Shown: in pieces, positions 61,702-64,000 of the stretch
Numbering within the stretch: position 1 is the first letter of the stretch
Layout: the number at the start of each line of letters is the position of its first letter
Source of the DNA: Dehalococcoidia bacterium
Lineage (GTDB): Bacteria > Chloroflexota > Dehalococcoidia > Plut-88900
Assembly (NCBI GenBank): GCA_965207225.1
Contig: CBDBLV010000004.1
Span: 672,001-736,000 of the forward strand
Length of the DNA: 64,000 nt
Direction: 5' to 3'
Position numbers and translations under genes: made by a program
Notes under the pieces: model-generated
Told to the model about the DNA's origin: nothing
What the model saw: the letters and a program-made list of their open reading frames with translations, nothing else
Database searches by the model: none

Positions 61702-62067
61702 ATGAGCATGGTACGCATTCCCACCGATCGAGAGCCTACGCATCCGGGCGAGATGCTTCTGACGGAGTTCCTGCTGCCCCTCGGAATGACTCAGCGCGAC
61801 CTGTCCAATGCCATTCACGTGCCCTATCAGAGGGTCAACGAAGTCGTCCGAGGGAAGCGGGGGGTCACGCCAAGCACCGCCCTGAGGCTCTCTAGGTTCT
61901 TCGGCACTTCGCCCGGCTTTTGGATGAACCTGCAACTCCGTTGGGACCTCTACCACGCCGAGCGTTCCGAGGCTGAACAGATCGAGGGCATCCTTCCGCG
62001 TGAAATGGTCAGCGCGCTTGGGGAAGACACGGGTTCGATGACGACGATGCCGGGTGTTGCAGGCTAG
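61702..62067 (+). CDS. higA: HigA antitoxin
   Basis: 'PTHPGEML..EFL.PLG','TALRLSRFFGTSPGFWMNLQ..WDL'. Confidence 0.95.
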   Translation: MSMVRIPTDREPTHPGEMLLTEFLLPLGMTQRDLSNAIHVPYQRVNEVVRGKRGVTPSTALRLSRFFGTSPGFWMNLQLRWDLYHAERSEAEQIEGILPREMVSALGEDTGSMTTMPGVAG

Positions 62068-62111
62068 TAGTGGCCCACGGGAACGACAGGAAACAGGAGG
62101 AGGACTCACAG

Positions 62112-64000
62112 ATGAACAATAGAAGCGACTACACCCCCGTGGCCCTCTACGCCAGGGTCTCCAGCGACAGACAGGACGTGGACCTGTCCGTGGCCGCACA
62201 GTTGCGGGCGCTCAGGGAATACGCCCAGAAGAACGACTACGTGGTCGTCCGCGAGTACGTGGACGAGGCCGAGAGCGGGCGCGTCGCCGACCGCCCGGAG
62301 TTCCGCAAGATGATCGACGAGGTCGCCAAGCCCGAGGCCCCGTTTAGAAAAATCCTTGTGTGGAAATTTAGTAGATTCACCAGAAAGCGCGAGCACGCCG
62401 TCGCCTTCAAGTCCATGCTCAGGCGAAAGGGCGTCCGCGTCGTCTCCATCACCGAGCAGGCCGACGACACCGCCACCGGCAGGCTCCTTGAGGGCATCAT
62501 CGAGTCCGTCGATGAGTTTTACTCGGAAAATCTTGCGGAAGAGGTTCGCCGTGGGATGCGGGAGGCCGCTTCCAGAGGCTTCTGGGTCGCCAGCCGGACG
62601 CCCTACGGCTACAACCGCGTCATGGTGCAGGACGGAGCCAAGAAGCGGCCCACACTGGAGATCGACCCTGACACTGCTCCCGTCGTCAAGCGCATCTTCG
62701 ACATGGCCGAGTCGGCCACCGGGATGACCGAAATCACCCGCACACTCAACGGCGAGGGCATCGCCAGCGCCACCGGCAAGCTCTGGTCCAAGAACGGCGT
62801 CCACTTCATCCTCAGAAACGAGGTCTACACGGGCACGCTGCTCTGGGGCACTACAGGGAAGGTCAAGTCCGACCCCGTACGCATAGAGAAGGCGTTCCCC
62901 GCCGTCGTCTCCAAGGCCCAATTCAACCGCGTCAAGCGGCTCATGCGCTCCCGCGCCCCCAAAAGGAACCACCCCCGCAGGGTGGGAAGCTCCTACCTGC
63001 TCAGCGGGCTGGTCAGGTGCAAGTCCTGCAACAGGGCGCTCTCAGGCCAGGACGCCAAGAGCGGCCAGTTCGCCTACTACGTCTGCCAGTCCATCATGAA
63101 GCGGGGCAAGAACGCTTGCACGACCCCCAGGCTCAACGCACGACGCTTCGAGGAGATGGTGGTGGAGAGGATACGGGAGAACGTCCTCACCGAGTCCAAC
63201 ATCACCGAACTGGTCAAGATAGTGGACGAGGAGATGGATGGGGTCGCCGCCGAGCAGCGGCAGAAGCTGGAGACCATCGAGGCCGAGCTTGATGAGGTCA
63301 AGCGCAAGCTGGGCCGCGTCTGGCACCTGGTGGAGAACACCGACCTCGACATGGCCGACGCCTCGGAACGCATCAGGGAGCACCGGGAGCGTCAACAGCG
63401 CCTTGAGGACTCGGCGGCCGAGGCCAGGACCATCCTCTCCCAGCGCAGGGAGGTGCTGGACGACGTGGAGACCATCGCGGCCTATGCCCAGGACATGAGC
63501 GAGTTCCTGAAGGAGAGCGAACTGACCGAGCGCAGGGCCTTCATCGAGTCTTTCGTCAAGGAGATCGTCGTCATGCCCGACAACGCCCTCCTCCGGTACA
63601 CCATCCCCATGCCTCAGGATGGACCGGTAGGAGGGAGAAACGCCGAGGAGATGGCCCTGAACGGCTCGGTTCTGTCTACCGTCAAAAATGGTGGACTGGA
63701 CTTGACGAAATCAAGAACCGAGGCCGATTCCTTCGTCACGCCGTCGCTGGGCATGGGGACCGTGTACGTCAGGGTCGCCTCGTCTCCGACCACCTCGATA
63801 CTCTCAACGAAGTTGCGGATGAGCGCCTTGCGCTCGGGGATCGTCCCTTCCTTCAGGAACTCCCTGAAGTCCGCCACGTACTCCCGAATCACGTCGGTTG
63901 TGGGCAGTTCCACCCTGCGCTGCTCAAGTCGGGTCTCCGCGTCCTCCCGCGCAGCCTCAAGCTGCTCCTCGCGGTGCCTTAGAGACATGATGCGGGGCGA
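62112..64000 (+). CDS. Large serine recombinase 1 (own sequence ends at att ~63694; no stop codon within window)
   Basis: Absent from ORF track. MNNRSDYTPVALYARVSSDRQD, 'FSRFTR', 'PYGY', Zn ribbon 'CKSC...YYVC...C', coiled coil. Confidence 0.95.
   Translation, partial: MNNRSDYTPVALYARVSSDRQDVDLSVAAQLRALREYAQKNDYVVVREYVDEAESGRVADRPEFRKMIDEVAKPEAPFRKILVWKFSRFTRKREHAVAFKSMLRRKGVRVVSITEQADDTATGRLLEGIIESVDEFYSENLAEEVRRGMREAASRGFWVASRTPYGYNRVMVQDGAKKRPTLEIDPDTAPVVKRIFDMAESATGMTEITRTLNGEGIASATGKLWSKNGVHFILRNEVYTGTLLWGTTGKVKSDPVRIEKAFPAVVSKAQFNRVKRLMRSRAPKRNHPRRVGSSYLLSGLVRCKSCNRALSGQDAKSGQFAYYVCQSIMKRGKNACTTPRLNARRFEEMVVERIRENVLTESNITELVKIVDEEMDGVAAEQRQKLETIEAELDEVKRKLGRVWHLVENTDLDMADASERIREHRERQQRLEDSAAEARTILSQRREVLDDVETIAAYAQDMSEFLKESELTERRAFIESFVKEIVVMPDNALLRYTIPMPQDGPVGGRNAEEMALNGSVLSTVKNGGLDLTKSRTEADSFVTPSLGMGTVYVRVASSPTTSILSTKLRMSALRSGIVPSFRNSLKSATYSRITSVVGSSTLRCSSRVSASSRAASSCSSRCLRDMMRG
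63614..64000 (-). CDS. C-terminus of large serine recombinase 2 (element D, continues beyond window)
   Basis: 'EFLKEGTIPERKALIRNFVESIEV...LTYTVPMP.DG' matches LSR1 'EFLKESELTERRAFIESFVKEIVV...RYTIPMPQDG'. Confidence 0.85.
   Translation of the reverse strand, partial: SPRIMSLRHREEQLEAAREDAETRLEQRRVELPTTDVIREYVADFREFLKEGTIPERKALIRNFVESIEVVGDEATLTYTVPMPSDGVTKESASVLDFVKSSPPFLTVDRTEPFRAISSAFLPPTGPS
63667..63719. mobile_element. attR of element C, overlapping both LSR coding ends
   Basis: Left arm is the exact reverse complement of 37020-37040; right arm 63699-63718 is a 19/20 reverse complement of 36989-37008; core TGGTGG. Confidence 0.92.

Larger units (their letters stand above)
37013..63694 (+). 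mobile_element. Integrative conjugative element C (~26.7 kb), LSR type, degenerate T4SS
   Basis: TGGTGG direct repeat at both ends; perfect 21-bp inverted repeat 37020-37040/63667-63687; VirB4, VirD4, relaxase-like gene and LSR inside. Confidence 0.9.

Noticed and set aside
62106-62972. 288-aa minus-strand ORF
   Set aside because: Antisense shadow of LSR1, which the track omitted because it has no stop.
37020-63687. Element C as an invertible segment or transposon because of its 21-bp terminal inverted repeats
   Set aside because: The core TGGTGG and asymmetric GG are in direct orientation, predicting excision by a serine recombinase; no transposase inside.

Overview
GC-rich bacterial accessory region. 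The gene style (Pro/Thr-rich lipoproteins, Calx-beta/CARDB/PD40 surface proteins, Uma2, a serine-recombinase ICE with no peptidoglycan hydrolase) suggests Chloroflexota/Dehalococcoidia, but this is inference only. 1-9.9 kb holds surface-protein genes. From about 9.9 kb onward the window is a stack of related integrative elements delimited by four att-like junctions (9915, 35157, 37009, 63689). Element A (+, 9919-24490) carries two TA modules, sugar-nucleotide enzymes, a GT4/radical-SAM/WG-methyltransferase/His-phosphatase operon and a relaxase-like gene, and is cut by an IS21 (24491-27080). Element B (-, 35160 to 27081) carries surface lipoproteins, Uma2 and RDD. A small remnant E spans 35161-37012. 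Element C (+, 37013-63694, about 26.7 kb) is complete, with adhesins, a degenerate minimal T4SS, a Replic_Relax protein, TA modules and a large serine recombinase (LSR). Element D enters from the right as a second, convergent LSR. Main finding: the att site lies inside the 3' coding end of each LSR gene, and each element's opposite end stores an in-frame 17-19 aa C-terminal tail plus stop. Integration or excision therefore swaps the recombinase C-terminus. Element C has inserted, in inverted orientation, into exactly this site of another LSR gene. All annotations come from motif recognition by eye; no database search was run.
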